Virus record (IMG/VR): IMGVR_UViG_3300005263_000002
Coordinates: 1 to 39,405 of that record
Strand: one strand, 5' to 3'
DNA length: 39,405 bases
Origin: a virus
Taxonomy: Duplodnaviria; Caudoviricetes
A program made the position numbers and the translations under genes. The notes beneath the pieces were generated by a model, which was not told the DNA's origin, made no database searches, and saw only the letters and a program-made list of their open reading frames with translations. Below are positions 25,004 to 33,746 of this stretch, one piece after another (position 1 is the stretch's first letter; the number at the start of each line of letters is the position of its first letter).

Positions 25004-25450
25004 TTAGTTGGGCATGCTGTAGTAGAGGTCCACGACCAGGACGCCAGACGCAGGCGCGGTGGCAGCCGCCAGGGTCACGATCACCTGCTCCTCAGCCGTC
25101 AGCGCAGGGTCAGCCGCACCGACCACAGCCGCCTTGCCGAACAGGGTCGGCGTGTCGGTGGCGGTGAAGGCCGCAGCCGCCTTGTATTTGGCGGTGCTGC
25201 CGCTGGTGCCGATGGCCAGCGTGGTGGAACCGGAGCTGGTGTCAGCGGTCAGGACGCCGAAGGCGAAGGTCGCGCCGGCAGGCAGGTTGCCCACCACCAG
25301 GGTGTCGGAGACCGTCTGGGAGTTGTATGCGAAGGTGCCACGGAGCCGCTTGAGGCGGGCGCCGTAGACGGTGGCCCGGGGCTTGTAGCCCACGGGGGCG
25401 GAAGTCTGATTGGCAGACCCGCCGAGTTCAGTGGAAAGATAGGCCGCCAT
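25004..25450 (-). CDS. Capsid decoration/cement protein (Bbp16-like position)
   Basis: Ala/Thr-rich beta-type protein directly after the major capsid gene. CAGGAG RBS. Confidence 0.65.
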   Translation of the reverse strand: MAAYLSTELGGSANQTSAPVGYKPRATVYGARLKRLRGTFAYNSQTVSDTLVVGNLPAGATFAFGVLTADTSSGSTTLAIGTSGSTAKYKAAAAFTATDTPTLFGKAAVVGAADPALTAEEQVIVTLAAATAPASGVLVVDLYYSMPN

Positions 25451-25474
25451 GGGTCATCTCCTGGAAAGTGGCTG

Positions 25475-25526
25475 AGAGGGAAAGCAGGGGGCCAAGGTTC
25501 AGCCAGACCTCGCAAGGCCCCCTGCT
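25475..25526 (-). terminator. Large hairpin after the major capsid gene (leaky terminator or processing site)
   Basis: AGCAGGGGGCC at 25483-25493 pairs with GGCCCCCTGCT at 25516-25526. Weak U-tract. Confidence 0.5.
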
Positions 25527-25533
25527 CAGTGCG

Positions 25534-26490
25534 TTACTTGCAGTTGATGAGGCCGCAGCGCTTCTCTTCGAGGCGGGCGCCACCGAAGGTGCCGGTGACG
25601 TAGACCTGCCAGGAGTTGCGCTTGTCAGGCCGGCGATCCACGGAAGCCTGGATGTCGTTCCAGAGGCCCAGCGCCATGCCGCTCTTGGCCCAGAAGGGCA
25701 CCATCCAGCGGGTGTTGGCGACGTAGCTGCCGTCGGCATCGGACGAGGTGATGGCCGGGTTGATGGCGCTGTTCCAGTTGGCCGCGCCAGGGATGCGCTC
25801 CGAGTGGATGAAGTTGAAGCCCATGAAGCTGGTGATCTTGCCGTTCACCAGGACCGGGGTGTTGTTGTAGTCCAGGTTGATGGCCTGGGCCTCGTTGAGC
25901 AGATCGTCGTGCTGCTTGGCGCTGATGACCATGAACAGCATGTCGTTGTCCACGTCCACGTCGGCCTGCAGGAGGATCTGCTTCGCCTTGCGCAGCTTGG
26001 CGATATTGAGACCGGTGGCAGCCGAGGCGCCCACGGTCGCAGCCACGCTCTGGCTGTTGGAGTTATAGGCGTAGAGGGTGGAGGTGGAGGTCGTGCCGTT
26101 CTCGCCCGTGTTGTTGGCGTTGAAGAAACCGCTGAGGATTTCGTCGTCGATCGCCCGGCCCATGGCCATGACGCCGGCCTGGGTGTAGGGCCCGGACGGG
26201 TCGATGAGCATGCGCAGCTTGTCCTGGTTGTCGATCAGATCCGCCCAGTCGTAGTCGTTGGGGTAGATCCAACGCTTGTCCTGGGGGGTGCTGATGAGCG
26301 GGGTGTCGCTGTGGCGGGACTGGTTGCGGACAGGGCTGACCTGGCCGAACTGCTCGGCCATGGAAGCGGCCTTGCCGGTGAAGCTGTATTCCTGCACGGC
26401 GGAGCGCAGGCGGCTCCCCTGCTGCTGGACCAGCATCTGGATGTTCGTCGAATACTGCTGGACGAACGCGGTATTGACTTGCGTGGACAT
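25534..26490 (-). CDS. Major capsid protein
   Basis: AFVQQY...QQ.GS.LR, DWADLID..DK.R.LIDP, AMGR..D, FMGFNFI.SER, GG.RLEE. Follows the scaffold gene. GGAGG RBS. Confidence 0.9.
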   Translation of the reverse strand: MSTQVNTAFVQQYSTNIQMLVQQQGSRLRSAVQEYSFTGKAASMAEQFGQVSPVRNQSRHSDTPLISTPQDKRWIYPNDYDWADLIDNQDKLRMLIDPSGPYTQAGVMAMGRAIDDEILSGFFNANNTGENGTTSTSTLYAYNSNSQSVAATVGASAATGLNIAKLRKAKQILLQADVDVDNDMLFMVISAKQHDDLLNEAQAINLDYNNTPVLVNGKITSFMGFNFIHSERIPGAANWNSAINPAITSSDADGSYVANTRWMVPFWAKSGMALGLWNDIQASVDRRPDKRNSWQVYVTGTFGGARLEEKRCGLINCK

Positions 26491-26592
26491 GGTGTCCTCC
26501 GAGGAAAAGTTGAAAGCATTGACCTTTAGGGGGTCATTACCCTCGGCTTGTCCTCGGAGTGAGGGGCCTACCTACTAGGCGCCATCACGGGG

Positions 26593-26796
26593 TCACTTGA
26601 AGATTTCAGGTGCCTTGTCCGCTTTGGTTTTTGGGGCCTTCTGTGGCGGATTGACCACTTCGGGCTCCGTGATGACCAGAGTATAGAACCGCGTTGCGAT
26701 TTCCGCAACACGATCAATATTTGCATGGTTCCCCTCACCCTTTGCCTGGGTGAGGGCAAATTCCAGGCACTTCAGCCGGATCTCGGGGGCGTCCAT
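26593..26796 (-). CDS. Small hypothetical protein between scaffold and capsid
   Basis: EIRLKCLEFA-type N-terminus. TAATG overlap with the scaffold stop. Confidence 0.65.
   Translation of the reverse strand: MDAPEIRLKCLEFALTQAKGEGNHANIDRVAEIATRFYTLVITEPEVVNPPQKAPKTKADKAPEIFK
26680..26710 (-). promoter_or_regulatory. Internal capsid promoter TTGCGG-N17-TATACT overlapped by operator CGTTGCGATTTCCGCAACA
   Basis: Hexamers at 26703-26708 and 26680-26685, palindrome at 26692-26710, embedded in a coding sequence. Confidence 0.7.
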
Positions 26797-27707
26797 TACT
26801 GGGGCTCGGGGTAGGCGAAGTCGTGCAGGCGCTTCATCTCAGCCACGGCCTCGGCGTTCTTGGAGACATACCGGGCCACGAAGTCCTTGTCCTTTCGGAG
26901 CTCAGCGATGCGGGCCTGAGCCTGACCGGGGGTCATGGCGTTGCCGAAGCGTTCCACCTTGTCGCCGGTCACGAAGGAGGCTTCGCCCATCTTCGACCCG
27001 ATCTTGTAGAAGAGGTCCATGACGGCCTTGTGGCCCATGGCCGCCTCCATCTTGTCGATGGTGGGACCGTCGATGCCGAGGCCCCTTGCGGCAGTTTGAG
27101 CCGCCACCATGTTCTGGGCATGGGCCGCGCCCCACTCGGTCTTGAGCTGCAGGGCCTCAGCCTGGATCTGCTCCTGGGTCTGGGTCTGCATCTTGGTAGA
27201 CAGTTCCCCAGTGTGGCCGTTGAACCAGGCCGCCAGGCCCTCGCCCTGCTTCTGGGTCAGGCCCAGCTCATGGAACTTGGCCGCCGCGGTCTTGGCGAAC
27301 TCAGGGTCGCCGCCCACGGCCGGCACTTCGATCTTGTAGCCGCTGGGGTCGGAGGGCCGGCCGAGGCGAGAGTAGAAGGCGTCCACCTCAGCCTGGGGGG
27401 CGTCAGGCTTGGGAAGCACGATGGCGTTGTTGGCCTTGTCCGCACCCAGCAGTTTCTCCAGGTTGCGGTAGGACTCCAGCACCTGAGCTGGCTCGGACCA
27501 GCCCTTGTTCTGGACGTAGCCGGCCGTCGCCTCGTCGGCGCCAGGCAGCCAGGCCACCGGAGTGTTCGTCGGGGGAGGCGGGGCCGGAGGATTGAGGGAC
27601 GCCGAGGCGGCCACGCTCTCGGTGCCGGGAGGGGGAGGGGCGGTGCCGAGTAGGGTTCCCGCGCCGGTAGCGCCTTGTCCGGGTGTGCCGGGGGCCTGGT
27701 CAGTCAT
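26796..27707 (-). CDS. Capsid scaffolding protein
   Basis: Pro-rich N-terminus, Y.NLEK.LG, FY..LGRP, GLT..Q, L..EWG motifs. AAGGAG RBS before ATG 27707. Confidence 0.8.
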   Translation of the reverse strand: MTDQAPGTPGQGATGAGTLLGTAPPPPGTESVAASASLNPPAPPPPTNTPVAWLPGADEATAGYVQNKGWSEPAQVLESYRNLEKLLGADKANNAIVLPKPDAPQAEVDAFYSRLGRPSDPSGYKIEVPAVGGDPEFAKTAAAKFHELGLTQKQGEGLAAWFNGHTGELSTKMQTQTQEQIQAEALQLKTEWGAAHAQNMVAAQTAARGLGIDGPTIDKMEAAMGHKAVMDLFYKIGSKMGEASFVTGDKVERFGNAMTPGQAQARIAELRKDKDFVARYVSKNAEAVAEMKRLHDFAYPEPQ

Positions 27708-27984
27708 CTGTGCTCTCCTTGGTGGAGGATTGGGGCGGAGCACCATGCAGCGCCCAGAGTTGTTCGTCGCTCAGTTGAAGGTTCCGCTGGAGCCTCAACC
27801 ACACCTCGCGCCTGCCCTCAGCCACCGCATGCGCCCGAGGGTCTTTGTGGAACGTGGTTTCATTTGCGCGACAGAACTTGGCCAGGTCCCGCAACACTTC
27901 CTCCCCATACGGGGTAAGGAAGGTCTTGCAGTAGGCGTTCCGGCGACGGCTGATGAAGTCCCTGATCCGGTCGGCGATGCTCAT
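27700..27984 (-). CDS. Bbp19-like head-associated protein
   Basis: Y...F....G..VL.DL..FC......F.......EGRREV motif, between portal and scaffold. Confidence 0.75.
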   Translation of the reverse strand: MSIADRIRDFISRRRNAYCKTFLTPYGEEVLRDLAKFCRANETTFHKDPRAHAVAEGRREVWLRLQRNLQLSDEQLWALHGAPPQSSTKESTDD

Positions 27985-28121
27985 AGGCGGGTGATCTCCA
28001 CACGCCACGTGTTGCCCTCGTCATCCAGCACTTGGAACGAGACCCCGGTCGCATCCAGGGCCTTCAGCTTCTCGATGACGGGAACAAGGGCGTCCCGGTT
28101 GGCCTTCTGGGGGTCGCTCAT
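27981..28121 (-). CDS. Small hypothetical protein (46 aa)
   Basis: ATGA overlaps with both the portal and the Bbp19-like gene. Confidence 0.55.
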   Translation of the reverse strand: MSDPQKANRDALVPVIEKLKALDATGVSFQVLDDEGNTWRVEITRL

Positions 28122-29809
28122 CCTGGCTGTCCCGTGTTGGGGTTGGTGCCTTGGGGCGAAGCCGCCTTGGCCATGGCCGCCATGCCCGGCAGCGCCTGAG
28201 TGATCTGGGACACCGCCTGCTCCTGCTGGCGCCCTTCCCGCTTGGCGGCGATGGCGTCCGGAGTGCGCAGCCACCGGAACGGCATGCCATTGATGTCAGC
28301 GATCTCGGGGATCATCACATCGGTGTCGAAGGGATCCAGGATGCTGGGGTCCTGCAGGTTGCCAGCCAGCTCGGCCGCCCACTGGAACGACCGCATGCCG
28401 CCCGAGGCTTCCTCGGCCCGCATCGCCCGGTTCAGCGGGGCGTCGTATTCCACCTTATATTCGCCACCGGCTTCCAGGAGCTGGAGCGGGGGAGGCGGGA
28501 TCAGACCCTGGAACATGAGCAGATCGAACTCGCGCTCGATGAGGGGCCCCAACGCCTCGGACTGGAACCGACCCATCGTCGGGGACAGCAGGGCCCCCTT
28601 CTCCCGGGCCCGCTCGATGACTTCGGTGGCCGTCATGCGGGGGGTCTCAATCAGGATCTGGAACAGAGTGACGAGGAAGGCGTCATTGATCGCCATGCGC
28701 TCGTCGTCCATGAGTTCCTTGCCCACCGCCACGTTCCCGGTCGGGAGGGCATGAACCAGGGGCCGGCCCTCGGCGTTGACACCACCCACGTTCAAGGCGC
28801 CGTTCTTCAGGCTGAAGCCGTCCAGGATGCCATCGTCGTGAACCAGAAGCACAGGGTCGAGCGCCCGATGACCCTGCTTCAGGATCTGCTTCTTCTCCTC
28901 GTTCAGCACCTTGATGGACGCCAGCACGTTCATGGCGGGGCCACGGCCATACAGTTCGCCAGGGGCCGTGAGATACCGGGCGATGCTGTAGGGCATGCAG
29001 CGATAGCCGCCCTCTTCGAGCAGGACCCGCTGATCCTTCAGGACGTAGTGGGAGGTGAAGCGCTTGCCCTTCAGGTCCAGGCGCCCAGGCTCATATTCCG
29101 TGTTGGGCCGCACAACGTGGATGACGATGACCTCTTCCTCGGGCTTATCCACAAGCCGGGACTGCAGGCCAGCAGGCAGGGCGCTCTTCCCCCACTTCTG
29201 GGCGATCTGCCGCAGCGTCATCTTGAACCGGCGATACACCTTGTCGATCTGGCCCTGATGGTTGGCCGCGAAGAACAGTTCGCCAAGGTGAACCTGGCGA
29301 TACCGAAGCCCCTTCACTTTGGGGTCGGTGGGGTCGATGAACTGGTCCGTGAAGAGGCTGGAGGTGCCAAACGCACCGAGGCTGACGTAGCCGTCGTGCA
29401 TGTTCGCCTGGAACCCAGACTTGGGGGCGTAGCGGTAGTGGAACAGGATGTCGTTCACCTGGTCGAACCAGGCCATGACCTCACGGTCCTTCTTCAGCTC
29501 AACTTCCGTAGGCCGGAGCCGGTGCCACTTGCCATTGGCCGGCGTCAGCATCGACTCCATGGCCGCGGCGAACTTCCACAGGGCCGAGTTGGCGGTGACG
29601 TCGTATTGCTCCTGTTGCCTCTTCGTGCCGGCCACGATGTTCTGCTGGGACCAGAAGGTGGTGCTGTAGTGGGGCAAGACCCGCTGGGCGGTCTCCTCGA
29701 AATGCTGGTTCCAGATGCCCCTGCCCCCCTCCAGGGTTCCGAACTCACGGAGGATGACGTTGACGGTCTCGGCCGCGGCGTCGGTCTGAGGGGGCGTCTG
29801 GATGGCCAT
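28118..29809 (-). CDS. Portal (head-tail connector) protein, T7 gp8/Bbp21-like
   Basis: 563 aa with FGT, PY...R....GE.YGRGP, I..AF, MTATEV..R..E motifs. Confidence 0.92.
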   Translation of the reverse strand: MAIQTPPQTDAAAETVNVILREFGTLEGGRGIWNQHFEETAQRVLPHYSTTFWSQQNIVAGTKRQQEQYDVTANSALWKFAAAMESMLTPANGKWHRLRPTEVELKKDREVMAWFDQVNDILFHYRYAPKSGFQANMHDGYVSLGAFGTSSLFTDQFIDPTDPKVKGLRYRQVHLGELFFAANHQGQIDKVYRRFKMTLRQIAQKWGKSALPAGLQSRLVDKPEEEVIVIHVVRPNTEYEPGRLDLKGKRFTSHYVLKDQRVLLEEGGYRCMPYSIARYLTAPGELYGRGPAMNVLASIKVLNEEKKQILKQGHRALDPVLLVHDDGILDGFSLKNGALNVGGVNAEGRPLVHALPTGNVAVGKELMDDERMAINDAFLVTLFQILIETPRMTATEVIERAREKGALLSPTMGRFQSEALGPLIEREFDLLMFQGLIPPPPLQLLEAGGEYKVEYDAPLNRAMRAEEASGGMRSFQWAAELAGNLQDPSILDPFDTDVMIPEIADINGMPFRWLRTPDAIAAKREGRQQEQAVSQITQALPGMAAMAKAASPQGTNPNTGQPG

Positions 29810-29817
29810 GTCTTACC

Positions 29818-30138
29818 TCACTGACCGAGGAGGAGCTTGGAGGTGGACGTGGTGGACGAGGTGAGCGCAGACGAAGCGCCCGACGCCCGCTGTCTGTTGA
29901 TCGCGGTCTGGTCTGCAGCCGCCTTCAGCGCGGCCTCGCGGTCAGGGCCGTTGCTCGACATGACGCCATCCGGCAGCTTCCCCTGCACGAACTCGTAGCC
30001 CTGAACACCCATCTTCGTGGCGATGGGGTCGAAGGTGTCCGGGGCCCCCTTGCCGTAGACCCCGAGGTAGTGCCCCAACGGGTCCATCTTGTTGTTGATC
30101 TTCCAGAGGGGATCGAAGGTCGTCGCCAGTCCGCCCAC
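29818..30138 (-). CDS. Small virion protein (T7 gp7.3-like position)
   Basis: Starts MGG, ends KLLLGQ, lies before the portal gene. Confidence 0.6.
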   Translation of the reverse strand: MGGLATTFDPLWKINNKMDPLGHYLGVYGKGAPDTFDPIATKMGVQGYEFVQGKLPDGVMSSNGPDREAALKAAADQTAINRQRASGASSALTSSTTSTSKLLLGQ

Positions 30139-30141
30139 AGG

Positions 30142-30351
30142 TCACCGCCCCAACAGCGTCTTGGACGTGGGCCCAAGGTCGGTCAGGCCAGCGCCACCAG
30201 TCAGCATCGTGGAGGCTCGGCCACGCTGAAGCCGCTCAGCCTGCGTCCTGGCCGCGGCGTCCATCTCGCCCTGGCTGTTGGCGATGTTGGGGGGAGGGGG
30301 AGGCGTCGGAGGCGCCACGTCGATCTTGGGCTTGCTGAACATCCCACCCAT
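30142..30351 (-). CDS. Small virion protein (MGGMFSKPK...PPPPP...RGRASTMLT...KTLLG)
   Basis: Typical pre-portal small protein of this podovirus type. GGAGG RBS. Confidence 0.7.
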   Translation of the reverse strand: MGGMFSKPKIDVAPPTPPPPPNIANSQGEMDAAARTQAERLQRGRASTMLTGGAGLTDLGPTSKTLLGR

Positions 30352-30400
30352 CTGTGACCCTCCATCGGCGGTTCCCGGGCATCGAGGCCGGGTTGAACAG

Positions 30401-30419
30401 TGTTGAGAATATCCCAACA
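30401..30419. promoter_or_regulatory. Operator-like palindrome TGTTGAGAATATCCCAACA
   Basis: Exact TGTTG-N9-CAACA immediately after the terL stop. Confidence 0.65.
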
Positions 30420-30421
30420 CC

Positions 30422-31981
30422 CTAAGTAAACATAGAGCTATCCATCCCAGACGCCACCCGAGCCGCCCCAGTCCAGGTCCGGGACACCCGGGCATCGTTC
30501 CTCGATATGGGCTTGGCGAAGGTCTGAGCCAGGGCCTCAGCCTCGTCCGGAGAAGCCAGGCCCCGCTTGTCGCGCATGTGCTCCGTGCTCTCCAAAACGA
30601 TCTTGTTGCTTACGGGGTGGTAGGAATATTCCGGCCCAGCCAGATCCGTGGCAAGAGTCGTGGACGCCGGCAGGGCCCCGGTCCCAACCCACTCCTTCAT
30701 GCGCCCCCAGTTCTCGGCCCGCTTGTTCAGATACTTGTCCGAGTCATCCGGGGAGCCACCAGCCTGAACCTCAATCACCCGGAACCGCCAGGCTTTCAGG
30801 TTGTCCACCACCCCGCCACCCACCCCGTTGCCGTCCACGAAGATGGCGTCCACCTTGTGCTTGGTGGCCGCTTCGGCAACACGGGAGGCCAACTGCACCG
30901 TGTCCAGGCCCTTGTAGATCTGCCAGGGGATGACCCGGGCGTCGCGCCCCTTCCGGAAAGCGATGACGCTCCGGTCCCGGCCAAACCTCGCCACGTCCAC
31001 CCCCATCACCAGAGGTGCCCCGGGGTCCGGGATAACCTCGCGCTCCATCGCCTCCCGAATCATGGTGTGACTGATGAACTGGTTGTTCGCCTGATTCGGG
31101 AACTGGCCATACACCTCAACCCTGGCCTCGTCGCTGTCCTCGCCGTGCTCCTTGATGATCGCCTGATGCGCGTCGTGGGCGATCTCCTCCACGGTTAGTG
31201 CGTTGATCTGCTTGGTCCGCCACTGCTCCCGGTTCTTGTGGAAGCACTCGAAGAAGGCGCCATCGTTGCGCCTGGGGTTGGAGAAGCCAAGCCAGAACCG
31301 GTCGATGATCTGCTCGGTGAACACACCTTGAGCCACCGTCCAGATGGGCTTGGGGATGCCACTGGCCTCATCGAAGAGATACATCTCGCCGTAGCCGTTG
31401 TGGGCACCAGCGAAGGCGTCCGGGTTCTCCTCGCTCCAGAGCTGCGCCGCGATATACCAATACTTCGGGTCGATCTTGAGATCCCGTTGGACGAGTTCTG
31501 AGAACCACTTGGCCGGCACGATGCTGGTGGCGTTGATGTCGAACCAGTGGGAGTTAACCCCCATGGACACCCACTTGGAGATTTCGGGGAAGGTCTTGGT
31601 CTTGAGCTGCGGTTCGCCGTTGGCGGTCACCCAAACGGATGCGCCAAGCCTGGTGGACACGAACCAGTGGCTGATTTGAGCGAAGAGGGCCGACTTGCCG
31701 ATGCCTCGGCCAGAGGCGATGGCCTCCCGGAACATATCGGGAAGCTGGGAGGTCAGGTGCTTGTGGCGCTTGGCCTCCTTGATGTAGCCGGCGATCTCCT
31801 TGAACACCTCGTCCTGCCAGGCCCGGGGGCCAGAGAGGTCGGCCAGCGGGGTGTTGGGCTTGCCCCAGGGGTAGCAGTAGCGGACAAAGTTCCGCGGATC
31901 GTCCGCGATCTCGGGCGTCCACAGGTCCAGCATGAGCTGTTGCTCACCCTGGGCGTCGTAGATGGGTTGGGAGGAAGCCAT
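30422..31981 (-). CDS. terL: Terminase large subunit
   Basis: Walker A ASGRGIGKS, FDEAS, FSNP, nuclease MGVDVARFG.D, VDGNGVGGG, SPD.AEAL. Confidence 0.95.
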   Translation of the reverse strand: MASSQPIYDAQGEQQLMLDLWTPEIADDPRNFVRYCYPWGKPNTPLADLSGPRAWQDEVFKEIAGYIKEAKRHKHLTSQLPDMFREAIASGRGIGKSALFAQISHWFVSTRLGASVWVTANGEPQLKTKTFPEISKWVSMGVNSHWFDINATSIVPAKWFSELVQRDLKIDPKYWYIAAQLWSEENPDAFAGAHNGYGEMYLFDEASGIPKPIWTVAQGVFTEQIIDRFWLGFSNPRRNDGAFFECFHKNREQWRTKQINALTVEEIAHDAHQAIIKEHGEDSDEARVEVYGQFPNQANNQFISHTMIREAMEREVIPDPGAPLVMGVDVARFGRDRSVIAFRKGRDARVIPWQIYKGLDTVQLASRVAEAATKHKVDAIFVDGNGVGGGVVDNLKAWRFRVIEVQAGGSPDDSDKYLNKRAENWGRMKEWVGTGALPASTTLATDLAGPEYSYHPVSNKIVLESTEHMRDKRGLASPDEAEALAQTFAKPISRNDARVSRTWTGAARVASGMDSSMFT

Positions 31982-32124
31982 CAGCGGGGCTTCTTAGGAG
32001 GCGGTGGGAGTGATGGGGGAAGCGCTGGCGCAAGGATCAGCCCCGCAGCGGCCAGCCGGTCCTGGATCGGCTTCTCTGGCGTCTTCGGCAAGGGCCTGCA
32101 AGGGACGAAGGAGAAATGATTCAC
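31981..32124 (-). CDS. Small Pro-rich hypothetical protein (47 aa, MNHFSFVPCRPLPK...)
   Basis: Read by hand. GGAG RBS, GTG start, TGATG overlap with the terL start. Confidence 0.5.
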   Translation of the reverse strand: MNHFSFVPCRPLPKTPEKPIQDRLAAAGLILAPALPPSLPPPPKKPR

Positions 32125-32256
32125 AGTGATCTCCGATTATTTTTCATCTCAGAAAAAATAAAATTTGCCTGCGACCTGTCCTCGCACGAACTCCCGCGGC
32201 CGGCTGGGGCCCTGCCCCCTGCCCCCTGCCCCCCTCTCGCGATTCGGCCCGGGCCA

Positions 32257-32778
32257 TCACGAGAAAATGTCCGGGATCGGCGGCTCTGCAGCCTGGCCAC
32301 GTGCGTCGTCTGATACGCTATCAGATGCGCCTGATGTGCTAAGTGTATGCGTATCAATCACATCTACATCTAACGTAGGCTCTGGGTCGCGCATGGGTCG
32401 CAGAACCCTAGCCATTGCTTCAGACCTGGTGTCTAGGATGCTAATAGATGATTGAATGTTAAGATCAATCCTATCACCAAATGTCTTCGGATTGTATTTG
32501 GTCGCCCGCCATTTCCTGATGTCAATCATGTTCCGGGCCCGGTTTGGATCAATGTCGGGATTGTCTGCAATGGCCAGGGCATCGTCTACGTCCACATCGG
32601 CCCGGATCTCGCGCACTCTTGCGTAATCAACCTGCAGCTCGCGCACTCCTGAAATGGCCCGGTGGAAGACTGATACGCGCATCCCGACCGCGGCGACAGC
32701 CTCACGTAGCGTTTTACCCTCGGCCACATGCTCGATTACCTGGCGGGCTTGGTCCTGGACATCCATGGCGCATTCCAT
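32257..32778 (-). CDS. terS: Terminase small subunit
   Basis: N-terminal HTH (EG.TLRE), Y.R.RE..AD, IAD, ID.RKW.A.K.NPK.FGD. Upstream of terL. Confidence 0.88.
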   Translation of the reverse strand: MECAMDVQDQARQVIEHVAEGKTLREAVAAVGMRVSVFHRAISGVRELQVDYARVREIRADVDVDDALAIADNPDIDPNRARNMIDIRKWRATKYNPKTFGDRIDLNIQSSISILDTRSEAMARVLRPMRDPEPTLDVDVIDTHTLSTSGASDSVSDDARGQAAEPPIPDIFS

Positions 32779-32784
32779 GACTAC

Positions 32785-32813
32785 AAATTAGTCACTGAAT
32801 CCACAAATCACAA
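32785..32813 (-). promoter_or_regulatory. Late operon promoter TTGTGA-N17-TAATTT
   Basis: 17-bp spacing. Predicted +1 falls at about the terS ATG (32778), so the mRNA may be leaderless. Operator half-site TGTTGTGATTT over the -35. Confidence 0.55.
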
Positions 32814-32839
32814 CACGACGCAATTTTTCATCGCATCAG

Positions 32840-32870
32840 TGTTGACAGCACATCAACAATAGCCTACCTT
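32840..32870 (+). promoter_or_regulatory. Early promoter TTGACA-N17-TACCTT overlapped by operator TGTTGACAGCACATCAACA
   Basis: Consensus -35, palindrome at 32840-32858, and hairpin ATCGGGAC-A-GTCCCGAT at 32876-32892 near the predicted +1. Confidence 0.78.
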
Positions 32871-32909
32871 GAGGCATCGGGACAGTCCCGATCATCCGTT
32901 GAGGTGCAT

Positions 32910-32996
32910 ATGTTCTACGTTGAAACCCTTGATCTTTGGGACGTTTACATCATCCCAACAGCCGATGAGCTGGCAGAAGTCTGCGAGGTGCTGTGA
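32910..32996 (+). CDS. Very small acidic protein (28 aa)
   Basis: GAGGTG RBS. TGATG overlap with the next gene. Read by hand. Confidence 0.5.
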   Translation: MFYVETLDLWDVYIIPTADELAEVCEVL

Positions 32997-33295
32997 TGCT
33001 GGATTTTGAACGGCTCCAGACCATCGCCTCAATTCTCCACTGGTCCACTGAAGATGTGGAGACCAGCCTGGCAGAGCTCAACGAAGGTTTCATGGTTCCC
33101 GATGTGAATTATTTCCATGGGGATCCTGAGACCGGATCTTTCCTTGAGCCCAACGATCCAAGGCACGAGGACGCCAGGCCAGGTTTCTACCATCGCCTAT
33201 CAGCTCCGGGATACATGGATTGCACTGATTGGTCCGGACCTTTCGACACTGAAGAGGCGGCCGTCGCCGATCTTCTTTCTACCTACGGAGACTGA
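32996..33295 (+). CDS. Acidic hypothetical early protein
   Basis: Coupled start, RLSAPGYMDCTDWSGPF.T segment, very Asp/Glu-rich. Confidence 0.7.
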   Translation: MLDFERLQTIASILHWSTEDVETSLAELNEGFMVPDVNYFHGDPETGSFLEPNDPRHEDARPGFYHRLSAPGYMDCTDWSGPFDTEEAAVADLLSTYGD

Positions 33296-33296
33296 C

Positions 33297-33746
33297 GTGG
33301 AAACCTTCGCCTCTTTTTCTTACCCTCGGAACCTGTATTTTCTCCCGAAGTCTATCGGCCAGCTCAAGAAGAGGGCCGAATCCCGGAAGGTATGCGGGCC
33401 ATACTTCCAGACCAGGCCGAATCCGAATCCCATCAATTCCTTCTTCTACCTTGGCTCCGATTTCATGCCCGGACTACGTTGGGAATGGGCAGACGAGGCA
33501 TCCAAACACATCCGCCACACCGGATGGTTCTGCGATGACTTCCAGTCAGAGACCATCCGCGGGCTGGTGATGACTTTGCCACACGGCCGCGGATTTCTCG
33601 CGGGCTGGAGCATGGGCGAACACATGGCCTCAGAGGTAGGGCACTACATCTATTCAGACAAGTCAGACGCGGCACACGCGGCCGATTCTCTCGCCGAACG
33701 TGTGGCGGAGCTCAATCAGGAGTCACAAGAAGAGGTCTCAGAATGA
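33297..33746 (+). CDS. Hypothetical early protein
   Basis: GGAG RBS before GTG 33297, in frame with ORF 33117..33746. Confidence 0.7.
   Translation: METFASFSYPRNLYFLPKSIGQLKKRAESRKVCGPYFQTRPNPNPINSFFYLGSDFMPGLRWEWADEASKHIRHTGWFCDDFQSETIRGLVMTLPHGRGFLAGWSMGEHMASEVGHYIYSDKSDAAHAADSLAERVAELNQESQEEVSE

Noticed and set aside
25534-25620. T7-style programmed frameshift extending the capsid protein
   Set aside because: No clear slippery heptamer near the capsid 3' end, and the downstream gene has its own RBS.
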